Shown here piece by piece: positions 1-8,009 of a stretch of 64,000 nt of DNA. Source of the stretch: a virus (Duplodnaviria > Caudoviricetes); the IMG/VR virus record IMGVR_UViG_3300048890_000142, positions 1 to 64,000 of that record, one strand, 5' to 3'. Under the pieces are notes generated by a model that was given only the letters and a program-made list of their open reading frames with translations, was not told the origin of the DNA and did no database searches. The stretch's first letter is position 1; every line of letters starts with the position of its first letter. The position numbers were made by a program, and so were the translations under genes.

Positions 1-936
1 CCCCGGTGGGAGGCGCACGTGCGGTTCCTGTGCGCGGGCAGCGAGGGCCTCGTCGCCTACCTGCGCCGGGTGGCCGGGTACACGCTGACCGGGGACGTCG
101 GGTCCCGGGCGTTCTTCTTCCTGGAGGGCACGGGCAGCAACGGCAAGAACGCGTTCGTGGAGCCGCTGGTCCAGGTGCTGGGGGACTACGCCACGACGGG
201 GAGCACGTCACTGATCACCGGGGGAGACGAGCAGCACCCGACCATCCTCGCGGACCTGCTCGGGCGACGGATGGTGTTCGTCGACGAGGCCAGGCAGAAC
301 CGCGCGCTGAACGTGGAGCGGATCAAGGCGCTGACCGGGAGCAAGAAGATCAAGGCCAGGTACATGCGCCAGGACCAGTTCGAGTTCCAGGCCCGGTTCA
401 AGCTGTGGATCGCGGGCAACGGTCGGCCGACGGTGAAGGACCCCTCGGACGGGGTGTGGACCAGGATGCACCGGGTCCAGTGCCTGGGCAAGGTCGGGCA
501 GGGCGTGGAGCTCGTGCGCAACTACGGGGAGCTGCTGTACCAGGAGGAGGCCAGCGGCATCCTCAACTGGGCGCTGGCCGGGCTGGCCGACTGGCGCGGG
601 CTCGGAGAGGACCTCGGCCTGCCGCAGAGCGTGCGCGACGACGTCCAGGCCTACCGGGACGACGAGGACTACGAGGCCCAGTTCGTGGCCGAGACCCTCG
701 AGGTGACCGGGAACGCGGCGGACTGGCTCACCAGCGACGCGGTGTACCAGGCCTACCGCGCCTGGGCGGAGGGCGCGGGGCTGGCCCGGGCGGACGTGAA
801 GAACCGGGTGCACCTCGGGCGGGCGCTCTCGCGGCTGGGCCTGGGAGGGGACCGCGCCTACGTGGACGGCAAGCGCTCCAGGACGGTCACGGGAGTGTGC
901 TGGCAGCCGGGTCGAGCACCGTGGGGCGTCGCGTAG
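1..936 (+). CDS. P4/D5-family primase-helicase, C-terminal SF3 helicase part (5' truncated)
   Basis: Frame open from base 1; Walker A GTGSNGKN, Walker B RRMVFVDE, ARYMRQDQFEF and KLWIAGN motifs typical of D5/P4 helicases. Confidence 0.9.
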   Translation, partial: PRWEAHVRFLCAGSEGLVAYLRRVAGYTLTGDVGSRAFFFLEGTGSNGKNAFVEPLVQVLGDYATTGSTSLITGGDEQHPTILADLLGRRMVFVDEARQNRALNVERIKALTGSKKIKARYMRQDQFEFQARFKLWIAGNGRPTVKDPSDGVWTRMHRVQCLGKVGQGVELVRNYGELLYQEEASGILNWALAGLADWRGLGEDLGLPQSVRDDVQAYRDDEDYEAQFVAETLEVTGNAADWLTSDAVYQAYRAWAEGAGLARADVKNRVHLGRALSRLGLGGDRAYVDGKRSRTVTGVCWQPGRAPWGVA

Positions 937-1553
937 GGCGTCGCGTAGGGCGGCGCGGGACGGTCTCTAGAGAGGCTAAACGGAGAGCTTCTCCGGAGCT
1001 CCTCGGGGACGGTAAAAAGCGGGACGGAGGTGCTGTCCTACCTATCGTCCGTGACGATACGTGCGCTCAGAGTGAAGTCAATAGTGACGTCGCATCACAG
1101 TTAGTGAAGTCAATAGTGACGGCTTGTGCGCTTAGAGTGATAACTTGACTGATTCAATTTATCGCTGAGAGTTATTGGTCAGTTACTGGGACAGCTAACG
1201 GACGGTAGGTCAGGGATTTCCGTCCTGGATGATATTGATCAATAGGATGTTGTCTGGTCAGCTAAGATAGTATATGTATGTGTTATGTGTTAGGTAATAG
1301 GACAGTAGGACAATACATATATACACATAACGCACATGAGGATAGACAAGCTGGCTTTACTACCTGGAGGGAGCCGGTGGCGCGGAGAGCGTCTGGGGGC
1401 GACGCGCACAGCCGTGTGCCGGGAGCCGGGGATAAGGGTCGATTTTTCCTGTCCTGCTGTCCTGCCGTCCCGCAAGATCAACTTGAAGATCAACATCTGT
1501 GCCGTCCCAAGATCATCTTCTGCCCTCAAACAAGATCCACTTCTTGCCGTCCC
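924..1553. other. Candidate replication origin: AT-rich stretch with iteron-like repeats
   Basis: 19-bp direct repeat AGTGAAGTCAATAGTGACG (1071-1089, 1103-1121); GTGCGCTYAGAGTGA (1061-1075, 1126-1140); GGGACGG on + at 957, 1006, 1021 and on - at 1465, 1502, 1547; AT-rich 1140-1335; directly after the primase. Confidence 0.55.
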
Positions 1554-1569
1554 GGTAGACTCACCGGGC

Positions 1570-2172
1570 GTGGACCCCAGGCGCCTGACGCGCTTCCTGC
1601 TGGACGCGCCGAGCCTCGTATGCGGGGTACGGCTGGACCGCTCGCCGACCGGGCAGCCGTGCCGCCGGACGGCCGGGGCCAACACGGGGCACGAGGGGTT
1701 CGGTCCGTGCCGGATGCACGGGTCCCCGAGGACGCACAGGGCGTGGGAGGTGGCCGTGAGGCTGTCCGGTGAGCTGGACGTCGGGCCCTGGGAGGCCCTG
1801 AACCTGGCCGTGCGCCTAGCCGCGCATCGCGTGCGGTGGACGGAGCTCCAGGCGCAGCGCGCGGCCGACGCCGCGGACGGCAGTGACGCGGACCCTGCGG
1901 TCATGCGCTGGCTCGCCGAGTCCCGACGGGAGCGGGCCCTACTGGTCAAGACCGCGAAGAGCGCGATCGACGCGGGCGTGGCGGAGCGCCTGGTCCGACA
2001 GGTGGAGCTGGAGGGCCGGCTGGTGGCCGACGCCGTGGGCCGGGCGCTGGACGCCCTGGAGCTCACGGAGGAGGCGCGGGCGCTCGCGTTTTCGGTAGCG
2101 CACCGCGCGCTGCTGGAGCCGGCCGCGGGCGCCGCGGACGGCCCGGAAGGGCTTCCCGGGGTGATCGGCTAG
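1570..2172 (+). CDS. Terminase small subunit-like protein (HGG-type Cys/His motif)
   Basis: CRRTAGANTGHEGFGPCRMHG and KTAKSAIDAGVAER motifs; start placed at GTG 1570 behind a TAGACT -10, not at 1336. Confidence 0.6.
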   Translation: MDPRRLTRFLLDAPSLVCGVRLDRSPTGQPCRRTAGANTGHEGFGPCRMHGSPRTHRAWEVAVRLSGELDVGPWEALNLAVRLAAHRVRWTELQAQRAADAADGSDADPAVMRWLAESRRERALLVKTAKSAIDAGVAERLVRQVELEGRLVADAVGRALDALELTEEARALAFSVAHRALLEPAAGAADGPEGLPGVIG

Positions 2173-2199
2173 GGACCGCGGCTACCGCCGCGGTCCCTA
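2170..2199. terminator. Bidirectional hairpin between convergent genes
   Basis: TAGGGACCGCGG-CTACCG-CCGCGGTCCCTA, perfect 12-bp stem. Confidence 0.75.
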
Positions 2200-2206
2200 C
2201 GTCCTT

Positions 2207-2329
2207 CTATCGGGTCTGGTCGCATTGTCCCGGGTGCTGGCTGCACCCGCCGAACGTGTCCGGATGCTTGCACGCGGCGGTCGCGTAGACCAGGACCAGA
2301 CTCAACGCGATCGCGACGACTCTGCGCAC
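2207..2329 (-). CDS. Small putative lipoprotein (40 aa)
   Basis: RBS GAGGGAGGAG; basic N-terminus, hydrophobic stretch, TAAC lipobox-like. Confidence 0.5.
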   Translation of the reverse strand: MRRVVAIALSLVLVYATAACKHPDTFGGCSQHPGQCDQTR

Positions 2330-2346
2330 GCTCCTCCCTCCTTCTC

Positions 2347-2676
2347 CTAGCCGACCCGGCCGGCCTTCTTGGCGATCTTGCCCGCCCCGATGCCCGGGGT
2401 AAGGATCCGCAGGGCGAGCGCGACCAGCCGGAAGCTCAGGCGCAGGAGCAGTAAGAGCGCCTTCGCGAGGCCGTCCAGCACCAGGCGCAGCGCGGCGCGG
2501 GCCGCCTTCCCGCGCCTGCTGGGCGACGGCCTGCGCGCGACGGCGCGACGGCGCGCGCTCGAGCGCCCGGACGGCGCTGCGCGCCGTCCGGAGTCCGCGC
2601 GGCGCGTCGTCTCCGGCGAGAGCACCGACCGGAAGCCGGCGGGACGCCACCCGCCGGCCCAGTTTGGCTCAATCAC
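2347..2676 (-). CDS. Hypothetical membrane protein
   Basis: Start overlaps upstream stop; C-terminal Leu-rich hydrophobic helix. Confidence 0.5.
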   Translation of the reverse strand: MIEPNWAGGWRPAGFRSVLSPETTRRADSGRRAAPSGRSSARRRAVARRPSPSRRGKAARAALRLVLDGLAKALLLLLRLSFRLVALALRILTPGIGAGKIAKKAGRVG

Positions 2677-3064
2677 AGGTGACACTCATGTACAGCTCTA
2701 CGGCGGCTTGCATCCAGTTCAGGTCCTTCTCGAGCTCCGAGCGCGTCGTCAGGCCGGACAGGAAGGCCTGGACCGAGCTCTCTAGGTAGCCGAGTGCCTG
2801 CCCGTGGTTCATGGGCTCGAGGGGCCTGACCTTGCGGATCCCGCACACCCGACCCGCGCGGGTCAGGGTGAGCTCGAGCAGCGGCGCGGGTTCGCCGTGC
2901 CTGGGTGCGTGGTTCTGGGCCTCGTAGACGCAACTGGAGTCGGACTGGGTCCGCGCGCTGGTGCCGTCCTCGAAGTGGAGGCGGAAGCTCGGGTTGCCGT
3001 TCACGCTGCAGTTCAGTCGCTCGAGGCGGGCGAGGGTTTTCACGACGGTCGTGCTCTTGGACAT
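2669..3064 (-). CDS. Hypothetical early protein (cassette 1)
   Basis: Own promoter and RBS; LERLNCSVNGNPSF N-domain plus LxxxVxxFLxG tail. Confidence 0.8.
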   Translation of the reverse strand: MSKSTTVVKTLARLERLNCSVNGNPSFRLHFEDGTSARTQSDSSCVYEAQNHAPRHGEPAPLLELTLTRAGRVCGIRKVRPLEPMNHGQALGYLESSVQAFLSGLTTRSELEKDLNWMQAAVELYMSVTCD

Positions 3065-3100
3065 CTGCGGTCTCCGTTCGGTCGTTCCTGCGTTGATGTT

Positions 3101-3130
3101 AGTCTACAGGACGGGAGGGGCTCCCGTCAA
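3101..3130 (-). promoter_or_regulatory. Early promoter P1, TTGACG-N18-TAGACT
   Basis: Matches the actinobacterial principal-sigma consensus; one of eight copies. Confidence 0.85.
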
Positions 3131-3225
3131 GCCCCCCGGACAAGGCGGTGCCCCGGGCAGGATGCTCGCGCAGAGCCTGATACCGGGGCGTACGTAGGTA
3201 ACCTACTACGACGAGGGCTACTGCG

Positions 3226-3816
3226 CTACCCGTGGAACGCGGCCGCGCGCTCTCGGCGCCAGTACAGCCACGTGGTGGCCTGGATCTCCGCCGGCGTGAG
3301 CGCGGTCCCGTACTCGCGGGACAACAGTCGGGCGGCCCGGCGGTAGGCGTCGGCGACCGCGTCGTAGCCGCCTGCCTTGCCGAGGAGCTTCCCGCGCTGC
3401 GCGTCGTCCAGGTTGCGGCCTACGGCCACGCTCACCGCGTGCCGGTCGACGACCACGGCGCGCGGGTCGGTCGGGTCCGCGATGGTCCGCCAGAACGCGC
3501 GCACCTTGGGACCGGAGACGACGTCCTCCGGGTCGGCGCCCGCGAGGATGAGCTCGGCCTTGCGCGCGTTCGCTGACAGCACACGCACCGGGCGGCCGGC
3601 GTAGGCGTCCTGCGCGGCCTCCACGTTCTTGCGCCACGACAGGCGGGGGGACAGGACCGCGATGACGGCGGCCGCGCGGGCCGGGTCGCTCGGGTCCAGG
3701 GACTCGGCCACGGCGCGGGCGGTCGCGTACCAGCTCCGGCCCTCCACGCGGTCGTCCGCGCTGGCCGCGCGGTAGGCGGAGGTCACGTTGCGGGTGCTGG
3801 GCTTCGGGGCGTTCAT
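3226..3816 (-). CDS. Putative HhH-glycosylase-fold protein (cassette 2)
   Basis: VLSP-x2-SW-x2-N, GPKVRAF, VVVDRHA and EIQATTW motifs resemble the helix-hairpin-helix glycosylase superfamily; function inferred. Confidence 0.55.
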   Translation of the reverse strand: MNAPKPSTRNVTSAYRAASADDRVEGRSWYATARAVAESLDPSDPARAAAVIAVLSPRLSWRKNVEAAQDAYAGRPVRVLSANARKAELILAGADPEDVVSGPKVRAFWRTIADPTDPRAVVVDRHAVSVAVGRNLDDAQRGKLLGKAGGYDAVADAYRRAARLLSREYGTALTPAEIQATTWLYWRRERAAAFHG

Positions 3817-3847
3817 CCTGCGGTCTCCGTTCTCTCGGTCTGCTGTT

Positions 3848-3876
3848 AGTCTACTCCACGGTGGCCGCCGGGTCAA
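3848..3876 (-). promoter_or_regulatory. Early promoter P2, TTGACC-N17-TAGACT
   Basis: Direct reading of the minus strand. Confidence 0.85.
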
Positions 3877-3887
3877 GGCGCGGGAAT

Positions 3888-3913
3888 GCCCCGTTGACCG
3901 AAGTCAACGGGGC
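3888..3913 (-). terminator. Hairpin terminator with cUUCGg loop
   Basis: GCCCCGTTGAC-CGAA-GTCAACGGGGC, 11-bp perfect stem just after the stop at 3929. Confidence 0.8.
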
Positions 3914-3928
3914 GTCGTGGTCCGGTGG

Positions 3929-4507
3929 TCAGCGTCCTCGGTAGTCCCCGAGCGCGTTGCGGCCGGTCGTGGTGACCTGGTGAGCTCCCGCGCGGTTCTC
4001 CGAGAGGTAGCCGCGCTGGACCAAGCTGACCAGCGTCTCCGCGCGTACGCCACGCCTGCGCAGTTCCTCGCGGCGGTAGGCGCCGCCCTTGATGCACGCG
4101 TGCGCGTAGATACCGTCCAGTTCCTCCCCGGTGAGCTCTTCCGCGGCCGGCGGGAGCATGGTCTTGTCCATGAGGTCGGGCGAGACGTAGAGGGTGCAGA
4201 AGGTCTGCGGGTACCCCTGCGAGCCGAGCACCACCACGCCGTTGGGCGGGAGCTGGTAGGCCTGGTGATCGCGGTCCACGAGGTTACGCGGACTGAACAT
4301 GTTCTCGCCGCCCCACGAGCCGAAGGATCCCGCTATCTCGCCGGTGGACAGGTTCACCGCGAGCGCGAACGCGCGCCGCCCCCTGCTGCCCGCGCTGGAC
4401 ATCACCAGCTCGCGCACGACGCGGACCTCCACGTCCCTGCGGCCGTAGCTGACGCGGTTCAGCGCGTCTCGCACCGACTCCGGGAGTTCCTTGGTCTCGA
4501 TCCACAT
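3929..4507 (-). CDS. Hypothetical early protein with C-terminal winged helix (cassette 3)
   Basis: RBS and promoter; LVSLVQRGYL...VTTTGRNA wHTH-like end. Confidence 0.75.
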   Translation of the reverse strand: MWIETKELPESVRDALNRVSYGRRDVEVRVVRELVMSSAGSRGRRAFALAVNLSTGEIAGSFGSWGGENMFSPRNLVDRDHQAYQLPPNGVVVLGSQGYPQTFCTLYVSPDLMDKTMLPPAAEELTGEELDGIYAHACIKGGAYRREELRRRGVRAETLVSLVQRGYLSENRAGAHQVTTTGRNALGDYRGR

Positions 4508-4546
4508 CTCGCGGTCTCCGTTCTCTCGGTCCGTCATCCTGCTGTT

Positions 4547-4576
4547 AGTCTACCACGCGCGTGGCCCGAATGACAA
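4547..4576 (-). promoter_or_regulatory. Early promoter P3, TTGTCA-N18-TAGACT
   Basis: Direct reading; 12-bp palindrome CCACGCGCGTGG in the spacer. Confidence 0.8.
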
Positions 4577-4589
4577 GCCCCCAGACGCG

Positions 4590-4626
4590 CGAGTGCCCCG
4601 CCAGGGGTGGGCCGGCGGGGCACTCG
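4590..4626 (-). terminator. Hairpin terminator
   Basis: CGAGTGCCCCGCC/GGCGGGGCACTCG 13-bp stem after the stop at 4640. Confidence 0.75.
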
Positions 4627-4639
4627 GGAAGAGGGTAGC

Positions 4640-5029
4640 TTAGTCGCGGTCCGCGTAGGCGTACTCCTCGAAGGTGTCGGCGTCTTGCAGGAACTTCCGG
4701 ACCTTTCGGGCCATCTTCACGCAGGATTCCCAAGTCGCGTAGGCCTTCCGGGAGTCTTCCTCGTATCCGAATTCGCTGGCGAAGCCCTCGAACGTGTCCT
4801 CTCCAATCAGGGCGTCGGAGAGCACGCAGTCCAGCACGACGTGCGCGGTCGGGTCCTCCGTGATGGCCGATCCGGTGAAGAACGGCACCGACAGCTTCCG
4901 ACCCTTCCGGCGCAGGACCACGGTCCACGCCGTGCTGTCGCGGAAGTCCTCCGGGGTAGGAACGCTGGCGCCGTAGCTGACGTCCGCGCGGACGCCGTCC
5001 CGCTCGATCAGGCTCTTCAGGGTGGTCAT
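4640..5029 (-). CDS. Hypothetical early protein (cassette 4)
   Basis: Promoter, RBS, GC3-biased frame. Confidence 0.8.
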   Translation of the reverse strand: MTTLKSLIERDGVRADVSYGASVPTPEDFRDSTAWTVVLRRKGRKLSVPFFTGSAITEDPTAHVVLDCVLSDALIGEDTFEGFASEFGYEEDSRKAYATWESCVKMARKVRKFLQDADTFEEYAYADRD

Positions 5030-5073
5030 GTCTCTCGGTCTCCGTTCGGTAGGTCCGTCCTGCTCCTTCGGTT

Positions 5074-5102
5074 AGTCTACTCGATTCCGGCCGCCTGCGC
5101 AA
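5074..5102 (-). promoter_or_regulatory. Early promoter P4, TTGCGC-N17-TAGACT
   Basis: Direct reading. Confidence 0.75.
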
Positions 5103-5157
5103 CCCCCGGAACGCGAGGACACCCCCCGCCCTGATTGCGCGCGGGGTGTCCGGGGGT
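5102..5157 (-). terminator. Hairpin terminator
   Basis: GGACACCCC/GGGGTGTCC stem with flanking ACCCCCGGA/TCCGGGGGT. Confidence 0.6.
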
Positions 5158-5168
5158 GCTGTAGCCGG

Positions 5169-5633
5169 TCAGTCCAGCCTGGTGGTCCAGCTCTGGGCCC
5201 GCAGGACGGCCTGCCCGAGCGGGGAGGTGTAGACGGTCGCCGGATCGGAGATCGCGGAGACGGCGAACGCCTGGGCGGCGGAGACCGCCTCGTCGACCAC
5301 GCTGCTCAGCGCGCTACCCTGCACTACCGCGGAGTCGTCCGTCTCCGCCTCGAGTGCGGGAACGAGCTCCCACGCGTCCGCGGTACCCCCGGAGAGGTCG
5401 CCGTGCTCGACGGCGCCGAGGACACCGCTCGCGATCGCGACACCGTTCCACTCGACGTCGACCACCATGGTCACGAACGCCCACATACCCGCGTGCCAGG
5501 CCATCACGTCCTGCCCGGTGTAGCAATCTGCGTCGTGAGGGCTCGACTCGATATCGGGCAGCATGTACCCCTGAAGGGTCAGCTCGCCGTCGCGGTAGAG
5601 CTCTCGCCCCTCGATCACTCCGTGGTGATGCAT
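5169..5633 (-). CDS. Acidic hypothetical early protein (cassette 5)
   Basis: Promoter and RBS; Asp/Glu-rich. Confidence 0.8.
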   Translation of the reverse strand: MHHHGVIEGRELYRDGELTLQGYMLPDIESSPHDADCYTGQDVMAWHAGMWAFVTMVVDVEWNGVAIASGVLGAVEHGDLSGGTADAWELVPALEAETDDSAVVQGSALSSVVDEAVSAAQAFAVSAISDPATVYTSPLGQAVLRAQSWTTRLD

Positions 5634-5671
5634 GTCCTACTCCGTTTCCTTCGGTCCGGCTTCCTTCGGTT

Positions 5672-5701
5672 AGTCTATCAGGCTGGCAGGGGCTCCCGCA
5701 A
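5672..5701 (-). promoter_or_regulatory. Early promoter P5, TTGCGG-N18-TAGACT
   Basis: Direct reading. Confidence 0.75.
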
Positions 5702-5716
5702 GTCCTACAGACGCGA

Positions 5717-5742
5717 ATCGGCCCCCGTCTCCGGGGGCCGAT
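5717..5742 (-). terminator. Hairpin terminator with GAGA (GNRA) loop
   Basis: ATCGGCCCCCG-TCTC-CGGGGGCCGAT 11-bp stem. Confidence 0.75.
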
Positions 5743-5765
5743 CGTTCGCGAGAGCTCTCCCGCGA

Positions 5766-6338
5766 TCAGACTTCGTCGCGGACGATGTCCAGGATCTCCC
5801 TAGCCGCTCGCGCGTGCGTCATCAGTGAGACGGACTCGAAGTCAATCCCGCACGCGATCACCAGGTTTTCCTCACGTACCAGGTACGCCCAGGTACCCTC
5901 GTAGACCCTGCCGATGGTTCCCCCGCCGACCTTCTCGATCGAGACGGCGTAGCCGTCCAGGGCGATGTAGGTGTACTCCGGGCTGAAGTCGTGCTCCTGC
6001 AGCCAGAAGGCGATTCGGCGGCCGCTACCGTCCTCCACGGAGGTGCTCCACGAGCCGGAACCGGCGTCTGGACCGTCGGTCAGGACGCTCTCCACGGTCG
6101 CGAGCATGCTCGGCCAGTCGTCACCGTAGTCGATCCCCTCGTCTGTCACGGCGTAGCCGTGCGCGCGAGCGGTTTCCGCGTCACCGGGCAGGGCCTCCCA
6201 GGTGGTTTCGTCGTTCGTGCTGGCGTACTCGCGCATGTCACTAACGAGCTGGACAACCGCGTCCTCGCGGTTCGCGAACCATTTGACGTCCGTCTCGGGC
6301 AAGTACCCGGCGACGTTGTGTCCGATGCTGTAGAGCAT
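5766..6338 (-). CDS. Acidic hypothetical early protein (cassette 6)
   Basis: Promoter and RBS GGAGG. Confidence 0.8.
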   Translation of the reverse strand: MLYSIGHNVAGYLPETDVKWFANREDAVVQLVSDMREYASTNDETTWEALPGDAETARAHGYAVTDEGIDYGDDWPSMLATVESVLTDGPDAGSGSWSTSVEDGSGRRIAFWLQEHDFSPEYTYIALDGYAVSIEKVGGGTIGRVYEGTWAYLVREENLVIACGIDFESVSLMTHARAAREILDIVRDEV

Positions 6339-6368
6339 GTCTTCCTCCGGTCGTTCGATCGTGTATGT

Positions 6369-6410
6369 AGTCTACAGCACGGAACCCCGGGGTGTCAACC
6401 CCGGGGTTCC
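6369..6410 (-). promoter_or_regulatory. Early promoter P6, TTGACA-N18-TAGACT, -35 in a hairpin loop
   Basis: GGAACCCCGGGG-TGTCAA-CCCCGGGGTTCC. Confidence 0.85.
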
Positions 6411-6529
6411 CGTACCTCACTCCCAACCGCGCTCCCAGTCGGCATCCGCCAGGCCGGCCCCTTCCGGGGTGGCCACCGGCCCGTGCGCGTCGCTGTGGGA
6501 GGCCCAGTAGGCCGCCCGCTCTTCCGCGC

Positions 6530-6652
6530 TCACCGGGAGTGCCGGGGGTGGCGCGCCAGGCGTCGGGAGAGGGCGTTGACGCGCTTCACGTCGCCGCTGG
6601 CGTGCGCGTCGCGCAGCTCGCGGCGCTGACGCGGGTTCAGGTGGCTGGACAT
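6530..6652 (-). CDS. Small basic peptide (40 aa)
   Basis: RBS GGAGGAAG upstream of ATG. Confidence 0.5.
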   Translation of the reverse strand: MSSHLNPRQRRELRDAHASGDVKRVNALSRRLARHPRHSR

Positions 6653-6744
6653 GGGGCTTCCTCCGGTCTTCGGTCTGGGCTCTTCAGCGCGGGCCTCACC
6701 CGCGGACGGCGCGGCTTCTCGAAGGGGATGCCGGCCGTTTCGCC

Positions 6745-7002
6745 CTACACGCCCAGTTGGGCGTCGCGCCACCGGTCGTACTCGACGTCCGGATCACCGG
6801 CGTCGTTCGGGTCCGCACCCTCTCTGGCGTGTGTCTCGAGAATCGTCGTCGCATCGACGTCACTCAGGGGGGCGTAGGGGTCGGCCGAGAGGCCCAGTTC
6901 TGCGGCCGCTTCCTGCAGGAAGTCCAGGTGTTCCTCGAGGGTGGCGCCCTGCTCGTTCACGGACAGGCAGTAGGCCATTTCTCGCAGGGTGGTGGTCTCC
7001 AT
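6745..7002 (-). CDS. Small acidic early protein (cassette 7)
   Basis: RBS GGAGG; strongly Asp/Glu-rich. Confidence 0.75.
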   Translation of the reverse strand: METTTLREMAYCLSVNEQGATLEEHLDFLQEAAAELGLSADPYAPLSDVDATTILETHAREGADPNDAGDPDVEYDRWRDAQLGV

Positions 7003-7032
7003 CGGTTCCTCCGGTCGTTCGGTCATGCGGTT

Positions 7033-7077
7033 AGTCTACAGCACGGAAGGGGCCCCCGTCAAGGGACCCCTTCCGTG
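7033..7077 (-). promoter_or_regulatory. Early promoter P7, TTGACG-N18-TAGACT, -35 in a hairpin loop
   Basis: CACGGAAGGGG-C-CCC[CGTCAA]GGG-A-CCCCTTCCGTG. Confidence 0.85.
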
Positions 7078-7088
7078 GACTCGCTCCG

Positions 7089-7523
7089 CTACCAGCTGCG
7101 GGTAGGCGCTCCCGCCAGGAGTTCCTCGCAACGCGGACAGCCCCTGGTCTTGCGACCCCACACGGGCCCCCTGCCTCCGTTGCAGGTGTGTTCGGTACCG
7201 GTCTGCGGCGCGCGGGAGCGTGGCTTGCGGGGGGTGACGCGGGGGGCGCGCACTCCCTCCGGGAATTCGGCGGGTACGGCCGGCCTACCCAGCGGGCGGG
7301 GCGTCCGGGGGAGGTCCCACGAGACGGGAGAGACGCGTTGTGCCAGGGTGGCGGTGAGCTCTTCCGTGCCACCGAAGACGCTTGCCCAGCGGACCTCTGC
7401 GAGGGGTCCGCGAGCGGTGAGCACCCCGTACGCGTGCACGTAGCCGTAGTGCCCCGTGTGTCGGTCCTGCACCGTCTGTCCGTGCACGTAGCCGTGGATG
7501 GAGAGGGTGTCGGTCATGGTCAT
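7089..7523 (-). CDS. Hypothetical protein with C-terminal HxC...CPRC zinc motif
   Basis: HTCNGGRGPVWGRKTRGCPRC; coupled to the upstream stop. Confidence 0.7.
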   Translation of the reverse strand: MTMTDTLSIHGYVHGQTVQDRHTGHYGYVHAYGVLTARGPLAEVRWASVFGGTEELTATLAQRVSPVSWDLPRTPRPLGRPAVPAEFPEGVRAPRVTPRKPRSRAPQTGTEHTCNGGRGPVWGRKTRGCPRCEELLAGAPTRSW

Positions 7524-7699
7524 CACTCCGAACGCCAGCACGGGTCGTCCTCCGCCTGGCAGGTGTTGTGTGTGGTCACGTACTGGCCGGTCGACCGGGG
7601 GGCGTGGTCGTGATGAGTGAGCGCGCCACCGACCGCGCCCGCCGTGCACAGCACGGCCAGCCCGGCGAGCAGGAGCTTGGCTCTGGTCTTGATGCTCAT
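7523..7699 (-). CDS. Small secreted/membrane protein (cassette 8)
   Basis: Signal-peptide-like N-terminus; RBS GGAGG. Confidence 0.7.
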   Translation of the reverse strand: MSIKTRAKLLLAGLAVLCTAGAVGGALTHHDHAPRSTGQYVTTHNTCQAEDDPCWRSE

Positions 7700-7727
7700 T
7701 CGTCCTCCGGTCTTTCGGTCTGTGTGT

Positions 7728-7756
7728 AGTCTACCGCACTCGCCTGCGTCTGGCAA
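7728..7756 (-). promoter_or_regulatory. Early promoter P8, TTGCCA-N17-TAGACT
   Basis: Direct reading. Confidence 0.75.
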
Positions 7757-7843
7757 GGGGCGGAACATGATTGACTTCGCGGGTTGTTGATCACTAAGCG
7801 CGCTCTCTAAATGTTGGTTTATCACTCGCGAGAGGCCAGGATG

Positions 7844-7988
7844 CCGCTCACCACCCCCCTCCATAGCGCCCCCTCCCCCCTGTCCACTAACCACCCTTGG
7901 CGTCCCGACCTCGCCGTCCACTCACCACCCCTCTCCCGTCCGCTGACCCGCGCCCCTCCCGACGGGCCTCGCCCCCCGAAATTTTTTC
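7844..7988. repeat. Non-coding divergence region with three CCRCTMACCACCC repeats and a C6-GAAA-T6 tract
   Basis: Copies at 7844, 7884 and 7918; CCCCCCGAAATTTTTT at about 7973-7987. Confidence 0.55.
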
Positions 7989-8009
7989 TGCCCGCGTACC
8001 CTCGGCGGC

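Noticed and set aside
1061-1140. Repeat-spacer-like pattern as a mini CRISPR array
   Set aside because: Only two copies, 13-bp spacer, no cas genes; better read as iterons
6-1148. 380-aa ORF overlapping the primase
   Set aside because: Off-frame Arg/Gly/Pro-rich shadow ORF typical of high-GC DNA
1336-1569. N-terminal extension of the terS-like ORF
   Set aside because: Runs through the repeat-rich low-GC region with atypical codons; GTG 1570 has a -10 box at leaderless spacing
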